64,000 bases of DNA, from assembly GCA_030153785.1 (NCBI GenBank), contig JASKLF010000001.1, forward strand, positions 54,353 to 118,352. Reading direction: 5' to 3'. How positions within the stretch are numbered: the first letter of the stretch is position 1; every line of letters begins with the position of its first letter. The notes under the pieces were generated by a model. It was not told the origin of the DNA, ran no database searches, and was given only the letters and a program-made list of their open reading frames with translations. Made by a program: the position numbers and the translations under genes. The DNA is from a bacterium (GTDB lineage: Bacteria > Synergistota > GBS-1). Below, piece after piece: positions 1-9,510 of the stretch.

Positions 1-384
1 CTCAGCCACAAAAGAAGCTGGTTTAGTAACCGCACTTTGATAAGCACCTAGGAGCGCTATAACCTTTTCCTGCGTGATTAACCTTTCTGCTTCAGCTTTC
101 CCAACATCCGGCTTTGCTTGACTGTCTGCAAACACAACCTCGATCTTGGCTCCTCCCAGATTTGGCAATCCTTCACTTTCCGCCAAGGGGATACCCGCAA
201 GCTCAGGATGCGCTTCATTAACTATCTTTAAAGCAACTTCTACAGCGTATTTACAGCGCAATCCAGTACTCGCTATCGGACCGGTTAAAGGATAGATAGC
301 TCCAACTTTAATTTTTTCAGCTGCCGCTGCTACTCCCGTTGCAAGTAAACACAACAACACCAAACCTACAGCAAGCTTCTTCAT
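1..384 (-). CDS. Periplasmic substrate-binding protein, LivJ-like branched-chain amino acid ABC type. N-terminal part only; the 3' end lies beyond the window start.
   Basis: The reverse-strand translation from the ATG at 384 reads MKKLAVGLVLLCLLATGVAAAAEKIKVGAIYPLTGPIASTG, a signal peptide followed by a type-1 periplasmic binding protein N-terminus. A GGGGGGTG RBS lies upstream. It is absent from the ORF track because it runs into the window edge. Confidence 0.6.
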   Translation of the reverse strand, partial: MKKLAVGLVLLCLLATGVAAAAEKIKVGAIYPLTGPIASTGLRCKYAVEVALKIVNEAHPELAGIPLAESEGLPNLGGAKIEVVFADSQAKPDVGKAEAERLITQEKVIALLGAYQSAVTKPASFVAE

Positions 385-447
385 CTTTACACCCCCCCTG
401 AAGAACTTTTCACTCCTTTTTCATTATAGCATATTATGCTATAATTT

Positions 448-1185
448 TTGAACATGAAAGAGGTCTTCTATTTCCCCGAGGAGGAATCACCTAACAAAAT
501 ATTGGCAATACTGGTAGCCATATTGGGAATATTCTCACTTATTCTTCCAATAAAAGTTTCTCTCTTAGTCGGAGCCTTTATGATGAATTATCCCCATATG
601 ATAATCCCTTATGGTAGCTTAGCATTGATTATAACCTCAGTTTTACTAAGCACCCTTACAGGAGTTTTACAGGTTTTTCTCTTTCTCTCCTGGAACAACG
701 CCATTAGAAAAAACATTGAAAATACAAAACTTCTCTTTCAACTTTCCTTAGAGACCATAAGCAATGATAAGAAAGAGAGTTTGAAAGCGTTCCTATCTCG
801 CCTTTCAGAACTGGAATTAGCCACATGGGCTTTCTGGGCATATACCGTGATCTACATTATAAGTCTAATAAGTGGAATAGGATTTAAAATAATCTTAAAC
901 GTCATTGCCTTTGTTTTTCTGGCAATATATTTACAATCTCTTTTCTCAATAAGCTCCGAGCTATCCATGCTTAAGAATACCGCATATAGTTACTTCCTTG
1001 AAAGACCAGCCTTATTACCAAAGGTAAAAGAAAGAAACATAATATTGGTCGCACTTTTTTCTGTAATAACGTTCACCTTATACTGGCTATATCTAATGGT
1101 GAAGCTAACCTATGAGCTCCATGATTTTATAGAGGAAGACAAGATATTAAGAAAACATGTTATAACGGTCCTAAAGAGAAAATAA
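448..1185 (+). CDS. Hypothetical polytopic membrane protein of about 6 TM segments. The ORF is AT-rich.
   Basis: 245-aa ORF with multiple hydrophobic segments and no recognisable motif. GC is clearly lower than in flanking genes. A TGcTATAAT extended -10 lies at about 435-443. Confidence 0.45.
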   Translation: MNMKEVFYFPEEESPNKILAILVAILGIFSLILPIKVSLLVGAFMMNYPHMIIPYGSLALIITSVLLSTLTGVLQVFLFLSWNNAIRKNIENTKLLFQLSLETISNDKKESLKAFLSRLSELELATWAFWAYTVIYIISLISGIGFKIILNVIAFVFLAIYLQSLFSISSELSMLKNTAYSYFLERPALLPKVKERNIILVALFSVITFTLYWLYLMVKLTYELHDFIEEDKILRKHVITVLKRK

Positions 1186-1189
1186 AAAA

Positions 1190-1214
1190 GGGCCACACGG
1201 TTAGCGTGTGGCCC
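1190..1214. terminator. GC-rich hairpin (GGGCCACAC..GTGTGGCCC) between convergent genes. Likely rho-independent terminator of the por operon, possibly bidirectional.
   Basis: 9-bp perfect stem with an A-run on the plus side, which becomes a T-run for the minus-strand transcript. It sits just after the porB stop. Confidence 0.6.
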
Positions 1215-1232
1215 TTCTAATCTATCTAAATA

Positions 1233-2162
1233 CTACACAGTTTCTCCGCACATCCTCAGAACGTAACTCCACTCTCTATCAACGTTCTTTTGTATTTCGT
1301 CTATAAGGTGACGGTTTTCAGGTTTAAATAGATGGCGGAATCTTCCTTGCGGCTTCAGGAACTCCTCGATAGGTTTCTTCTCCTTGGGCTTATAAGAAAG
1401 CTTCCATTCATCGTTTATAACCTCGAATACAGGCCAGAAGCAAGTATCAACAGCAAGCTTACAAATTTTAACCATATCAGCAGGGTTAACCCTCCAAAAC
1501 CTTACGCAAGGAGCAAGCACGTTGATGAAAGCAGGTCCCGGTGTTTCAATAGCCTTTCTAACCTTGTTAACCAGGTCAAGCGGGTTGTGCAAGGTCGTTT
1601 GAGCAACATAAGGAATATGATGGCCTGCAACTATAGCAGTAAGGTCTTTCCTCCACTGCATCTTACCAGGGATAACCTTACCAGCAGGAGCAGTAGTGGT
1701 ATCAGCACACATTGGAGTTCCTCCAGACCTCTGAGCACCTGTATTCATGTATCCCTCATTGTTATAGCATATATACACGAAATCGTGACCCCTCTCAAGA
1801 GCTCCAGAAAGAGCCTGAAAACCTATATCGTAAGTTCCACCATCTCCACCGAAAGCTATAAACTTCACCTCTTTATCTATCTTACCCTTCTTCTTCAAAG
1901 CCTTGTATGCAGCCTCAGCTCCTGATATTGTAGCTGCCGCATTTTCAAAAGCATTATGTATCCATGGTACCCTCCAAGCAGTGTAGGGATATATGGTCGT
2001 AGAAACCTCAAGACACCCCGTAGCACAAGAAACAACTACAGGCTCATTAACCGCAAGCATCACAAGTCTTGCAGTTAAGGCTGCACCACACCCAGGACAT
2101 AGCCTATGTCCATATGCAAGTCTCTCTTCCCTCTTAAGGAGATCTCTAACGGTTAAAGGCAT
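1233..2162 (-). CDS. porB: Pyruvate:ferredoxin (2-oxoacid) oxidoreductase, beta subunit (TPP-binding)
   Basis: The N-terminal Cys cluster (CPGCG...C...C) and the GDG...NN TPP motif are typical of the PorB family. It is the last gene of a G-D-A-B operon. Confidence 0.9.
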   Translation of the reverse strand: MPLTVRDLLKREERLAYGHRLCPGCGAALTARLVMLAVNEPVVVSCATGCLEVSTTIYPYTAWRVPWIHNAFENAAATISGAEAAYKALKKKGKIDKEVKFIAFGGDGGTYDIGFQALSGALERGHDFVYICYNNEGYMNTGAQRSGGTPMCADTTTAPAGKVIPGKMQWRKDLTAIVAGHHIPYVAQTTLHNPLDLVNKVRKAIETPGPAFINVLAPCVRFWRVNPADMVKICKLAVDTCFWPVFEVINDEWKLSYKPKEKKPIEEFLKPQGRFRHLFKPENRHLIDEIQKNVDREWSYVLRMCGETV

Positions 2163-2176
2163 CTAAGTACACCCCC

Positions 2177-3343
2177 TTATTCTCTAACTCCAAGGTACCT
2201 TTCTTCCTTGGAAATGTTACCACTCATAAGATCCTCGTACACGCTTCTTATAAGGGATGGAGGAACGTCTCTTCCGCCAAGGCCATAAATATAGGAAGCT
2301 AAGGCGGGTCTAGCTTTGGCATCATAGAGCGCCGATTTTACCTCACAGAATAGTGGAGCCTCTGCACCTATAGAATAGGCTCTATCCAATACCGCGACGG
2401 CCTTCTTGCCTTCTAACAGGCGAGCGATTTCCTCACCAGGAAATGGACGGAAAAGCCTTATCTTAAGCAAACCAACCTTCTTTCCCTGAGCCCTTAGTTC
2501 CTTGACCACATATTTGGTAGTCCCTGCGGTTGAAGACATAACAACTATTACATAATCCGCGTCGTCTAAATAGAAACCTTCTACCTTGGGATATTTTCTC
2601 CCCGTTAGTTTCGATAGCTCCTCAGCTACCTCATCATAAACACGTGGAACCTGTTTCATCGCTTCAAATTGTTGACGTTTATGCTCAAAGTAGTAATCGG
2701 TGAGAGCCAGAGGTCCATAAGTCTTAGGGTTATCGGTATCAAGCAACGGATACAAAGGCTTATATTCCCCAACAAACTTTTTAACTTCCTCATCATCCAA
2801 AACCTCAACAGACTCAACACCATGAGAGGTTATAAACCCATCCTGACAGACCATAACGGGCAAGCGAACGTCCTCGTGCTCTGCAAGCCTAATTGCTAAA
2901 AGAGCATGATCATATACTTCTTGAGCAGTTTCGCTATAAATTTGAATCCAGCCGGAGTCTCTCTCTGCCATAGCATCGGAATGGTCACAATGTATATTTA
3001 TGGGAGCAGAAAGAGCCCTGTTAACCACTCCCATAACTATGGGAAGCCTTGTGGAAGAAGCTATATAGACAATCTCATGCATGAGAGCCAACCCTTGCGA
3101 AGATGTGGCAGTCATAACACGTGCACCAGCTGCAGCAGCGCCAACACAAGCAGACATCGCAGAATGTTCGCTTTCAACCGTTACGAGTTCCGTATCCACA
3201 AGCCCATCGGCAACGAACTGGGCAAAAGTCATCATTATCTCCGTCTGGGGAGTTATAGGATAAGCAGCAACCACATCCGGATTTATCTGTCTCATAGCTT
3301 CAGCAAAAGCGGCATTTCCTGTTAAAGGAATTCTCTTCTTCAT
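2177..3343 (-). CDS. porA: Pyruvate:ferredoxin oxidoreductase, alpha subunit
   Basis: 388 aa with the PorA-family N-terminus and operon context between porD and porB. Confidence 0.9.
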   Translation of the reverse strand: MKKRIPLTGNAAFAEAMRQINPDVVAAYPITPQTEIMMTFAQFVADGLVDTELVTVESEHSAMSACVGAAAAGARVMTATSSQGLALMHEIVYIASSTRLPIVMGVVNRALSAPINIHCDHSDAMAERDSGWIQIYSETAQEVYDHALLAIRLAEHEDVRLPVMVCQDGFITSHGVESVEVLDDEEVKKFVGEYKPLYPLLDTDNPKTYGPLALTDYYFEHKRQQFEAMKQVPRVYDEVAEELSKLTGRKYPKVEGFYLDDADYVIVVMSSTAGTTKYVVKELRAQGKKVGLLKIRLFRPFPGEEIARLLEGKKAVAVLDRAYSIGAEAPLFCEVKSALYDAKARPALASYIYGLGGRDVPPSLIRSVYEDLMSGNISKEERYLGVRE

Positions 3344-3642
3344 TTCTCTTCACCTTCCTCAAAAAGCGATTCTGGCTTCATCTCTATCGCATTTTTGGGG
3401 CATATACTTGCACAAACGCCACAACCTTTACAATAGTCATAGTTTATGCCACTTACTCTGTTGTCAATAACAAGAATAGATGCATCTGGACAGTGAAGCC
3501 AGCACATGTAGCAATTTATACACTTGTCCTTGTCCCATACTGGCCTTATGCTTCTCCACGTTCCCGTTTTATAATTAACGCTATTTCCCGCCTCAAGCAC
3601 TATTCCTCCTGGCGGAATATCTCTCCATCCTTTAAGACTCAT
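3340..3642 (-). CDS. porD: Pyruvate:ferredoxin oxidoreductase, delta subunit (2x[4Fe-4S] ferredoxin)
   Basis: 100 aa with two CxxCxxCxxxCP motifs (CINCYMCWLHCP, CKGCGVCASICP). Confidence 0.9.
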   Translation of the reverse strand: MSLKGWRDIPPGGIVLEAGNSVNYKTGTWRSIRPVWDKDKCINCYMCWLHCPDASILVIDNRVSGINYDYCKGCGVCASICPKNAIEMKPESLFEEGEEK

Positions 3643-4220
3643 TCTCCTTGCACCTCCTCATAACCACGGCGCATAGCCCTCACATTGGCCTCCACCTTAT
3701 CGGGAGGAAGCTTCCCTTCGAACTTACTCTTAAAGTGTTCCTCAAAAGCTTCAAGAGGGATCTCTCCTATTATTTTGGCAAGTGCACCAAGCATAGGCGT
3801 GTTAGGGAAGTTTACCTTCATCTCTTCAAGCGCAATTTTCGTAGCATCAAGGGTATAGACCTTCTGAGTCTTAAGGCCAAGCTTCTTTTTAACCTCTGCA
3901 GGAGTATGGGGCGTGTTTACAAGAATAATCCCTTCATCCTTCAACCCCTCTGTAACATTTACCGCTGTGAGCAAAGTTGGGTCAACCACCACAACTATAT
4001 CAGGATTTTCTACTTGACAGTGGAGAAGAATCTCCTCCTTACTTAACCTATTGAAAGCCTTCATCGGCGCTCCTGACCTTTCCGCACCATACTCCGGAAA
4101 GGCCTGAATGTGATATCCTCGGTCAAAAAACACTTCGGCCAAGATTTGAGCTCCTGTCTTGGCTCCCTGGCCTCCTCTACCATGCCAACGTACTTCGATG
4201 AGTTTTTCCAAGACTTTCAC
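3639..4220 (-). CDS. porG: Pyruvate:ferredoxin oxidoreductase, gamma subunit
   Basis: 193-aa PorG-family protein. GTG start with an AGGAGGTG RBS. First gene of the operon. Confidence 0.85.
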   Translation of the reverse strand: MKVLEKLIEVRWHGRGGQGAKTGAQILAEVFFDRGYHIQAFPEYGAERSGAPMKAFNRLSKEEILLHCQVENPDIVVVVDPTLLTAVNVTEGLKDEGIILVNTPHTPAEVKKKLGLKTQKVYTLDATKIALEEMKVNFPNTPMLGALAKIIGEIPLEAFEEHFKSKFEGKLPPDKVEANVRAMRRGYEEVQGE

Positions 4221-4251
4221 CTCCTAATCTTACGCCAAATAAACCTTTAGT

Positions 4252-4280
4252 ATTATACACTTATAATCCCAACTTTTCAA
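4252..4280 (-). promoter_or_regulatory. Sigma70-type promoter of the por operon. On the minus strand it reads TTGAAA, a 17-nt spacer, then TATAAT.
   Basis: The reverse complement of 4252-4280 reads TTGAAAagttgggattataagtgTATAAT. This is a near-consensus -35/-10 pair about 30 nt upstream of the porG GTG. Confidence 0.7.
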
Positions 4281-4283
4281 TCT

Positions 4284-4916
4284 CTAAACCTCTTCTATAA
4301 CAAAATTGGACAAATGTTTGGTTTCATTAAGTAGAGTTAAAGTGAATCCTCTTTCCTTCCTATATTCAACAATGCTATAAGAGGCTGTATCGAAATGAAA
4401 CTTCCAGAAATATGGTTTTTTAATCTCAAACATGGCTGCAAAAAGAGGTTTTAAAACCGCTCTATGAGTAACGATAACAACCGTTTCCCCTCTGTGTTCT
4501 TCCAATATCCTTAACAATGCAGAATATGAACGCTCTTTCACATCGTCCACTTTTTCAGCTCCAGGAAGATTAAGATTTTCTGGAACCGTGACCCAAATTC
4601 CCCACTCGCGCGGATATTCTCTCTCTATTTCCTTTTTAACCCTTCCTTCCCATAAACCAAGATTTATGTTATTGAACCCTTCTTCAACTATGGGAGTTAA
4701 ACCATGAGGCTCTCCAACGATTTCAGCTGTTCTTAATGCTCTCGAAAGAGGACTAGAATAAACAACATCTAATTTAAATCTCTTTAGCTCATCCCTTAAA
4801 GCTTCCGCTTGCTTAATACCGTTTCCATTTAAAGGGAAATCTATTCTCCCTCTGAAAAGGCCTGCTCTGTTTCCCTCACATTCTCCATGCCTTATAAAGA
4901 TAAGAGTTGTTTTCAA
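4284..4916 (-). CDS. Histidine phosphatase superfamily protein (phosphoglycerate mutase / CobC-like)
   Basis: N-terminal RHG motif (IFIRHGECEGN) and a downstream SPLxRA motif. 210 aa. It is the distal gene of the lactate cluster transcription unit. Confidence 0.8.
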   Translation of the reverse strand: MKTTLIFIRHGECEGNRAGLFRGRIDFPLNGNGIKQAEALRDELKRFKLDVVYSSPLSRALRTAEIVGEPHGLTPIVEEGFNNINLGLWEGRVKKEIEREYPREWGIWVTVPENLNLPGAEKVDDVKERSYSALLRILEEHRGETVVIVTHRAVLKPLFAAMFEIKKPYFWKFHFDTASYSIVEYRKERGFTLTLLNETKHLSNFVIEEV

Positions 4917-4955
4917 CCTTTCACCTCCTCATTTGAAATCCTTTTTAAAATTATA

Positions 4956-6257
4956 TCAATTATCTTTTAAAATAGGTAGCAATTTATGTCCCTCTGGAAT
5001 AATATATGTAGAAGGATGCCTGCCAAGTATCGCTCTCGCCTTCATTATTCCTTCCTCTAAGCTCTTTATAGGCTCCATACCTGTTTTCCTGACTTCCTCA
5101 TCAGGTAAATTAGAAAGAAGGTAGACTTTAAATTTCTCAGCAATTAGCGACATGTGAAAAGCCATATGCCCTCCTATAGTATACTCCCTCCTCAAAGCTT
5201 TCTCTCTTTCTTCATTATTACTATAATCTGTAAAAGTTCTATAAAAGTCCTCGTTTCCTATCCCTTCCCTACACTCAGATAAGGCTATTATTACTCCTCC
5301 CTCCTTGGTAGCCCTCTCAGCATTATACAGAGTCTTGTAAGTCTGATATAGGTTGATATCTTCGGGATAGCCGCCACAGGAAACAATGGTAAGCTCAGCA
5401 AGCTCGTCTATTTCTACCCCGTGAAACTCGTTATAGACCTTGGTTCCTTCTTCATGGGCAGTTATATAGTCTCCAGCAACCACATGGGATATCTTTCTTC
5501 CGGGACCAACAATAACATTAAGTAGAAAATCTGGTTTCAAAAATTTAGCCACTTCAATGGCATCCTCGCTTACCCTATTACCCTGCATAACTCCCGCACA
5601 TACAGTGGGATCAAGCCCCCTGCCCGGCTCCGGGTGAAGTGCAAGCCCATGGTTCTTCATTATGGACCTTCGAGAAGAAATTCCAGGCATTATAGACTTC
5701 TTACCTCCACCGAAACCATACAAGAAATGGTAAACAATCCCACCGGTCAAGATGACCCTATCAGCTTCAAAAGCTTTTTTGTTAAGCTCCACAGGAGTTC
5801 CATAAGTGGTTTCACCAAGATAAACGAGCTCTCCTTCTTCTCGGGCATGATGATTGTATATTCTTCCCTTAAGAAACTCATAAGCTTTATCGCCCAAAAT
5901 TATTCTAAATTCATCTTCAGTTTGTTCCCTATGATCTCCATTGGCACAAAGCGCAAATATATCTTCATCCTCTATTCCAGCGCCTTTAAGTTCCTCTATA
6001 ATGAGAGGAACAAAAATGTTGTGCCTAACCCAGAGTCGAGTGATATCGCTAAAGATTATACAAATCCTTTCCCCCTTTCTTACCAACTCCCTAAGGGGAG
6101 GAGAATCTACCGGGTTAGCAAGAGCCCTAAGAATAATATCCTCCTCGCTAAAAGGTTCTGGCATCTCCTTAGGGCGGAGTATTCCCATAAGATCATCCAA
6201 CTCATACTCGAATTCTACAAAACCGCTACCAAAAGCCAATTTAAAAGTTTCCTTCAT
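4956..6257 (-). CDS. larA: LarA-family (DUF2088) nickel-pincer-cofactor-dependent 2-hydroxyacid racemase. Probable lactate racemase, LctF-like.
   Basis: 433 aa, the size of LarA. It has conserved His-containing segments (NHHARE, KNHGLALHPE) and a GGGKKS lysine segment matching the LarA cofactor-tethering region. It sits next to the LDH and Etf genes. Confidence 0.7.
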   Translation of the reverse strand: MKETFKLAFGSGFVEFEYELDDLMGILRPKEMPEPFSEEDIILRALANPVDSPPLRELVRKGERICIIFSDITRLWVRHNIFVPLIIEELKGAGIEDEDIFALCANGDHREQTEDEFRIILGDKAYEFLKGRIYNHHAREEGELVYLGETTYGTPVELNKKAFEADRVILTGGIVYHFLYGFGGGKKSIMPGISSRRSIMKNHGLALHPEPGRGLDPTVCAGVMQGNRVSEDAIEVAKFLKPDFLLNVIVGPGRKISHVVAGDYITAHEEGTKVYNEFHGVEIDELAELTIVSCGGYPEDINLYQTYKTLYNAERATKEGGVIIALSECREGIGNEDFYRTFTDYSNNEEREKALRREYTIGGHMAFHMSLIAEKFKVYLLSNLPDEEVRKTGMEPIKSLEEGIMKARAILGRHPSTYIIPEGHKLLPILKDN

Positions 6258-6269
6258 GCTTTTGCCCCC

Positions 6270-7688
6270 TCAGAATAACTTGCCGGGGTTCATTATGTTA
6301 TTAGGATCGAAAAGGTTTTTAACTTTCCTCATAAGCTCAATCTCCTGCCTTTTAGTTTCGCTTAAAACCCTCTTTTTAAGAAAGCCTATACCGTGCTCAC
6401 CGCTTACAGCACCACCAAGCTCTGCAGCCTTTAGAGCTATCTTATCAAGAATCTCCTCGGAAAGGTATCTCCAATCTTCTGGAGAAACGTTCGTCGGCTT
6501 TAAAGGGGCAGGATGGAGATTCCCATCGGCAGCATGGGCCGCAACGGGAATCTTAACATCATAAGTTCTTGAAAGCTCTTCTATAAAATTCATCATCTCA
6601 GGGATCTCGGAGGTAGGAACTACCACATCTCCCGTAGAAACATACGGATCCACTGCCCTAAGAGCTTCAAGCCATGTTCTTCTAACCTTCCATATATTCT
6701 CTGAAGCGCTTCTATTGTCCGCTATAAAAACATCAAAAGCTCCGTTATTTAAAAGGGCTTTGCCTACCCTTTCATAAACTTCTTCCAATTCCTTCCTGTT
6801 ATTTCCTTCAAGCTGGACTATTAAAAAGGCCTCAGCTTCATCATGAAAAGGAAGGGTCGTGTTATTATATTCGATTCCAAGCTCAACGGAAACTCTATCT
6901 ATAAACTCCAAGGCTGAAGGGAGCTCCTTGCTCTCCACCAAAACCAAGGGAACACTATCTATGGCATCTTCTACCCTTCTAAACGGCACTAATAAATCTA
7001 CAGTTTTTCCAGGCAAAGGTATCAAGTTCAAGAATATCTTAGAAAAGACGGCCAACGTACCCTCGGATCCCACAAAAAACTTAACGAAGCTATATCCACT
7101 GGAATCTTTCCTTCTTTTACCTCCAAACTCGATTATATCCCCATTAGGAAGAACGGCCTCTATGCCCAAAACGTGGTGTCCCGTATTCCCATACTTTATA
7201 ACTTTGCTTCCCCCTGCATTGGTTGCCACATTCCCTCCGATGAAGCTCGTTTCAACGCTCATAGGATAACCCGCATAATATAAACCCTCCTCCATCACCC
7301 TTTTACATAAATCATTAGTAACAACACCTGGTTCAACCACTGCAACAAGATTCTTTTTATCCACCTCTATTATTCTGTTCATCCTTTCCATAGAAATAAC
7401 TATACCACCAAACAAAGGAACACAACCGCCCGCAAGTCCGCTCCCCGCTCCTCTCGGCGTAACGGGAACTCTTTCCTCGTTAGCGAGTTTCAAGATCTTC
7501 GATATTTGATCAGAACTTTCAGGTTTAACAACCACATCAGGCATATGGGCATAATACTTCCCACCAGATTCATCGTGAGAATAAGCTTCAAGAGCTTCCT
7601 TATTTTCATAAATAACTCCTTTCTCCCCTACTATCCTACGAAGCTCTTTGACTAAAGAGGGAGTAACTTTACCAAACTCATTAACCAT
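6270..7688 (-). CDS. FAD-linked oxidase of the GlcD family. Probable FAD-dependent lactate dehydrogenase of the Etf-coupled Lct complex, LctD-like.
   Basis: 472 aa with an FAD-binding PCMH domain signature (PRGAGSGLAGG) and a C-terminal FAD-oxidase domain. Its start overlaps the etfA stop. Confidence 0.8.
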   Translation of the reverse strand: MVNEFGKVTPSLVKELRRIVGEKGVIYENKEALEAYSHDESGGKYYAHMPDVVVKPESSDQISKILKLANEERVPVTPRGAGSGLAGGCVPLFGGIVISMERMNRIIEVDKKNLVAVVEPGVVTNDLCKRVMEEGLYYAGYPMSVETSFIGGNVATNAGGSKVIKYGNTGHHVLGIEAVLPNGDIIEFGGKRRKDSSGYSFVKFFVGSEGTLAVFSKIFLNLIPLPGKTVDLLVPFRRVEDAIDSVPLVLVESKELPSALEFIDRVSVELGIEYNNTTLPFHDEAEAFLIVQLEGNNRKELEEVYERVGKALLNNGAFDVFIADNRSASENIWKVRRTWLEALRAVDPYVSTGDVVVPTSEIPEMMNFIEELSRTYDVKIPVAAHAADGNLHPAPLKPTNVSPEDWRYLSEEILDKIALKAAELGGAVSGEHGIGFLKKRVLSETKRQEIELMRKVKNLFDPNNIMNPGKLF

Positions 7689-8703
7689 TCTTTTTGCCCT
7701 CCTTGTATTCCCTAAGCCTCTCGATCAGTAAAGGAACTATTTCAAAGAGATCCCCCACGATGCCCAAATCACACACCTTAAATATATTAGCTTCCGGATC
7801 ACTGTTTATGGCAACAATCGTCTCAGAAGAAGACATGCCCGCAAGGTGTTGAACAGCACCAGAAATGCCTATTGCAAAATAAAGCTTAGGAGCAACGGTT
7901 TTCCCACTTAAACCAACCTGGTGAGGATAGGATATCCATCCCATATCAACAGCCGACCTTGAAGCCCCAACTGCCCCACCTAATAGCTGAGCAAGCTCAT
8001 GAATTAGTCTGAAGTTCCTTTCCCCCTTTAACCCCTTTCCCCCAGCTACCACAATATCGGCTTCTTGAAGAGGTGTTTGCGAGGTCTCATCTTTTACAAA
8101 ATCTAAGATCTTGAACTTAGAAAGGTAAAATTCCTCGGGGTATTCTTTTACAATCACCTCTCCTTTACGGGATGTATCCTTGGATAGAGGTTTCCTCGAC
8201 CTCGGCCTAACGGTTGCCATCTGAGGTTTATGTTTAGGAGTTTTTATTGTGGCCATTACATTTCCACCTATCGCAGGTCTCGTTTGAAGAAGAAGACCTG
8301 TCTCGGGCTCTATATCGAGGCCAGTACAATCAGCGGTAAGCCCGGTCCCTATCCTCGTAGCAAGTATGGGCATAATAGTTCTACCCATCGTAGTAGCGGA
8401 GGCTATAAATATCTCCGGACTAAACTCCTTAACCAAAGCCTCAAGAATTCTGGAATATACATCCGGCTTAAAGTGGACCAAAGAAGGGTGATCAACCACG
8501 TAAACCTTATCCGCTCCCCTATATATGAGCTCCTTCACTTTCTCCTTAAGGCCATAACCTATTATCACGCTCGAGAGCTCAACATTGAGCTTGTCTGCAA
8601 GTTCCCTCCCCCAACTTAAAAGTTCATAAGAAACCGAGCTTATCTCACCGTCTCTCTGTTCTCCAAGCGTCCAAACACCCTTGAAAACCTCTTTCCCAAT
8701 CAC
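7681..8703 (-). CDS. etfA: Electron transfer flavoprotein, alpha subunit
   Basis: 340 aa with the EtfA N-terminal domain and C-terminal FAD-binding signature. Directly downstream of etfB. Confidence 0.85.
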   Translation of the reverse strand: MIGKEVFKGVWTLGEQRDGEISSVSYELLSWGRELADKLNVELSSVIIGYGLKEKVKELIYRGADKVYVVDHPSLVHFKPDVYSRILEALVKEFSPEIFIASATTMGRTIMPILATRIGTGLTADCTGLDIEPETGLLLQTRPAIGGNVMATIKTPKHKPQMATVRPRSRKPLSKDTSRKGEVIVKEYPEEFYLSKFKILDFVKDETSQTPLQEADIVVAGGKGLKGERNFRLIHELAQLLGGAVGASRSAVDMGWISYPHQVGLSGKTVAPKLYFAIGISGAVQHLAGMSSSETIVAINSDPEANIFKVCDLGIVGDLFEIVPLLIERLREYKEGKKNG

Positions 8704-8715
8704 AGTGCATCACCC

Positions 8716-9510
8716 CTATAATATCCCTTTGCTTTCAAGAAAACTTATAAGCTCGTCAACTGCTTCCTCAGGATTCTTCCCAGAAATTATCTTCCCGTTC
8801 CTCGATAGCTTAGGATAAAAGATCTTTACAACCCTCGTGGGAGAACCTTCAAGCCCTACAAAACTTCTATTTAAGTTTAGGTCATCAACAGTTAACACAG
8901 GAATTTGCATCTCTTTAGCTCGAAGCTTACCAGCAAGGTTAGGCAATCTTGGCTCATTTATCTCCTTAACAACGCTTAAGAGAACGGGTAATTCTGTTTC
9001 AACTACTTCGTATCCACCTTCCACAGCTCGCCTTACCCTTATATACCTTTCCTCAAGACGTTCTATCTTGCTAACATAAGTTAAAGCGGGAATATTAAGC
9101 CAAGAAGCAACGCTTGGTCCAACCTGACCTGTCTCTCCATCGGTAGCCCTTTCACCACAAAATATGAGGTCGAATCCCCCAAGATATCTAATAGCTCCCG
9201 AAAGGGCATATGCAGTTGCCCAAGTGTCAGAACCAGCGAGAAGCTTGTCAGAAAGGAGATATCCTTCATCGCATCCCATTGAAATAGCATCTTTAACCGC
9301 ATCAACCGCCATAAGTGGCCCCATCGAGATCACCGTTATCCTTGCATTACCACCCAATCTTTCCTTTACACGAACCGCCTCCTCGACAGCATACATATCC
9401 AGCGGGTTTAACTCTGCCTCCATCTCGGTTCTTATCATTGTTCCGGTCTTTTCATCCATCTTTACCTTATCTGTAGCCGGAACCTGCTTAACCAAAACGC
9501 ATATCCTCAC
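8716..9510 (-). CDS. etfB: Electron transfer flavoprotein, beta subunit
   Basis: 264 aa whose N-terminus MRICVLVKQVP...NPLDMYAVEEA is the canonical EtfB start. It overlaps the gntR stop by 4 nt. Confidence 0.85.
   Translation of the reverse strand: MRICVLVKQVPATDKVKMDEKTGTMIRTEMEAELNPLDMYAVEEAVRVKERLGGNARITVISMGPLMAVDAVKDAISMGCDEGYLLSDKLLAGSDTWATAYALSGAIRYLGGFDLIFCGERATDGETGQVGPSVASWLNIPALTYVSKIERLEERYIRVRRAVEGGYEVVETELPVLLSVVKEINEPRLPNLAGKLRAKEMQIPVLTVDDLNLNRSFVGLEGSPTRVVKIFYPKLSRNGKIISGKNPEEAVDELISFLESKGIL

Noticed and set aside
1332-1925. 197-aa plus-strand ORF antisense to porB, and similar antisense ORFs at 2669-3325, 3648-4046, 5634-6564, 6859-7269, 16154-17182, 57759-58619, 61027-61740 and 62619-63320
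   Set aside because: Each is fully embedded in the opposite strand of a strongly supported, motif-bearing gene. They are S/L/P-rich with low-complexity composition typical of antisense frames, and they have no RBS or promoter.
5178-5185. Additional isolated GTATAC-containing palindromes (AGTATACT at 5178-5185 inside larA, GTATAC at about 29685)
   Set aside because: Single hexamer occurrences are expected by chance at this frequency in 64 kb. Only the triple array at 10189-10208 is statistically remarkable.
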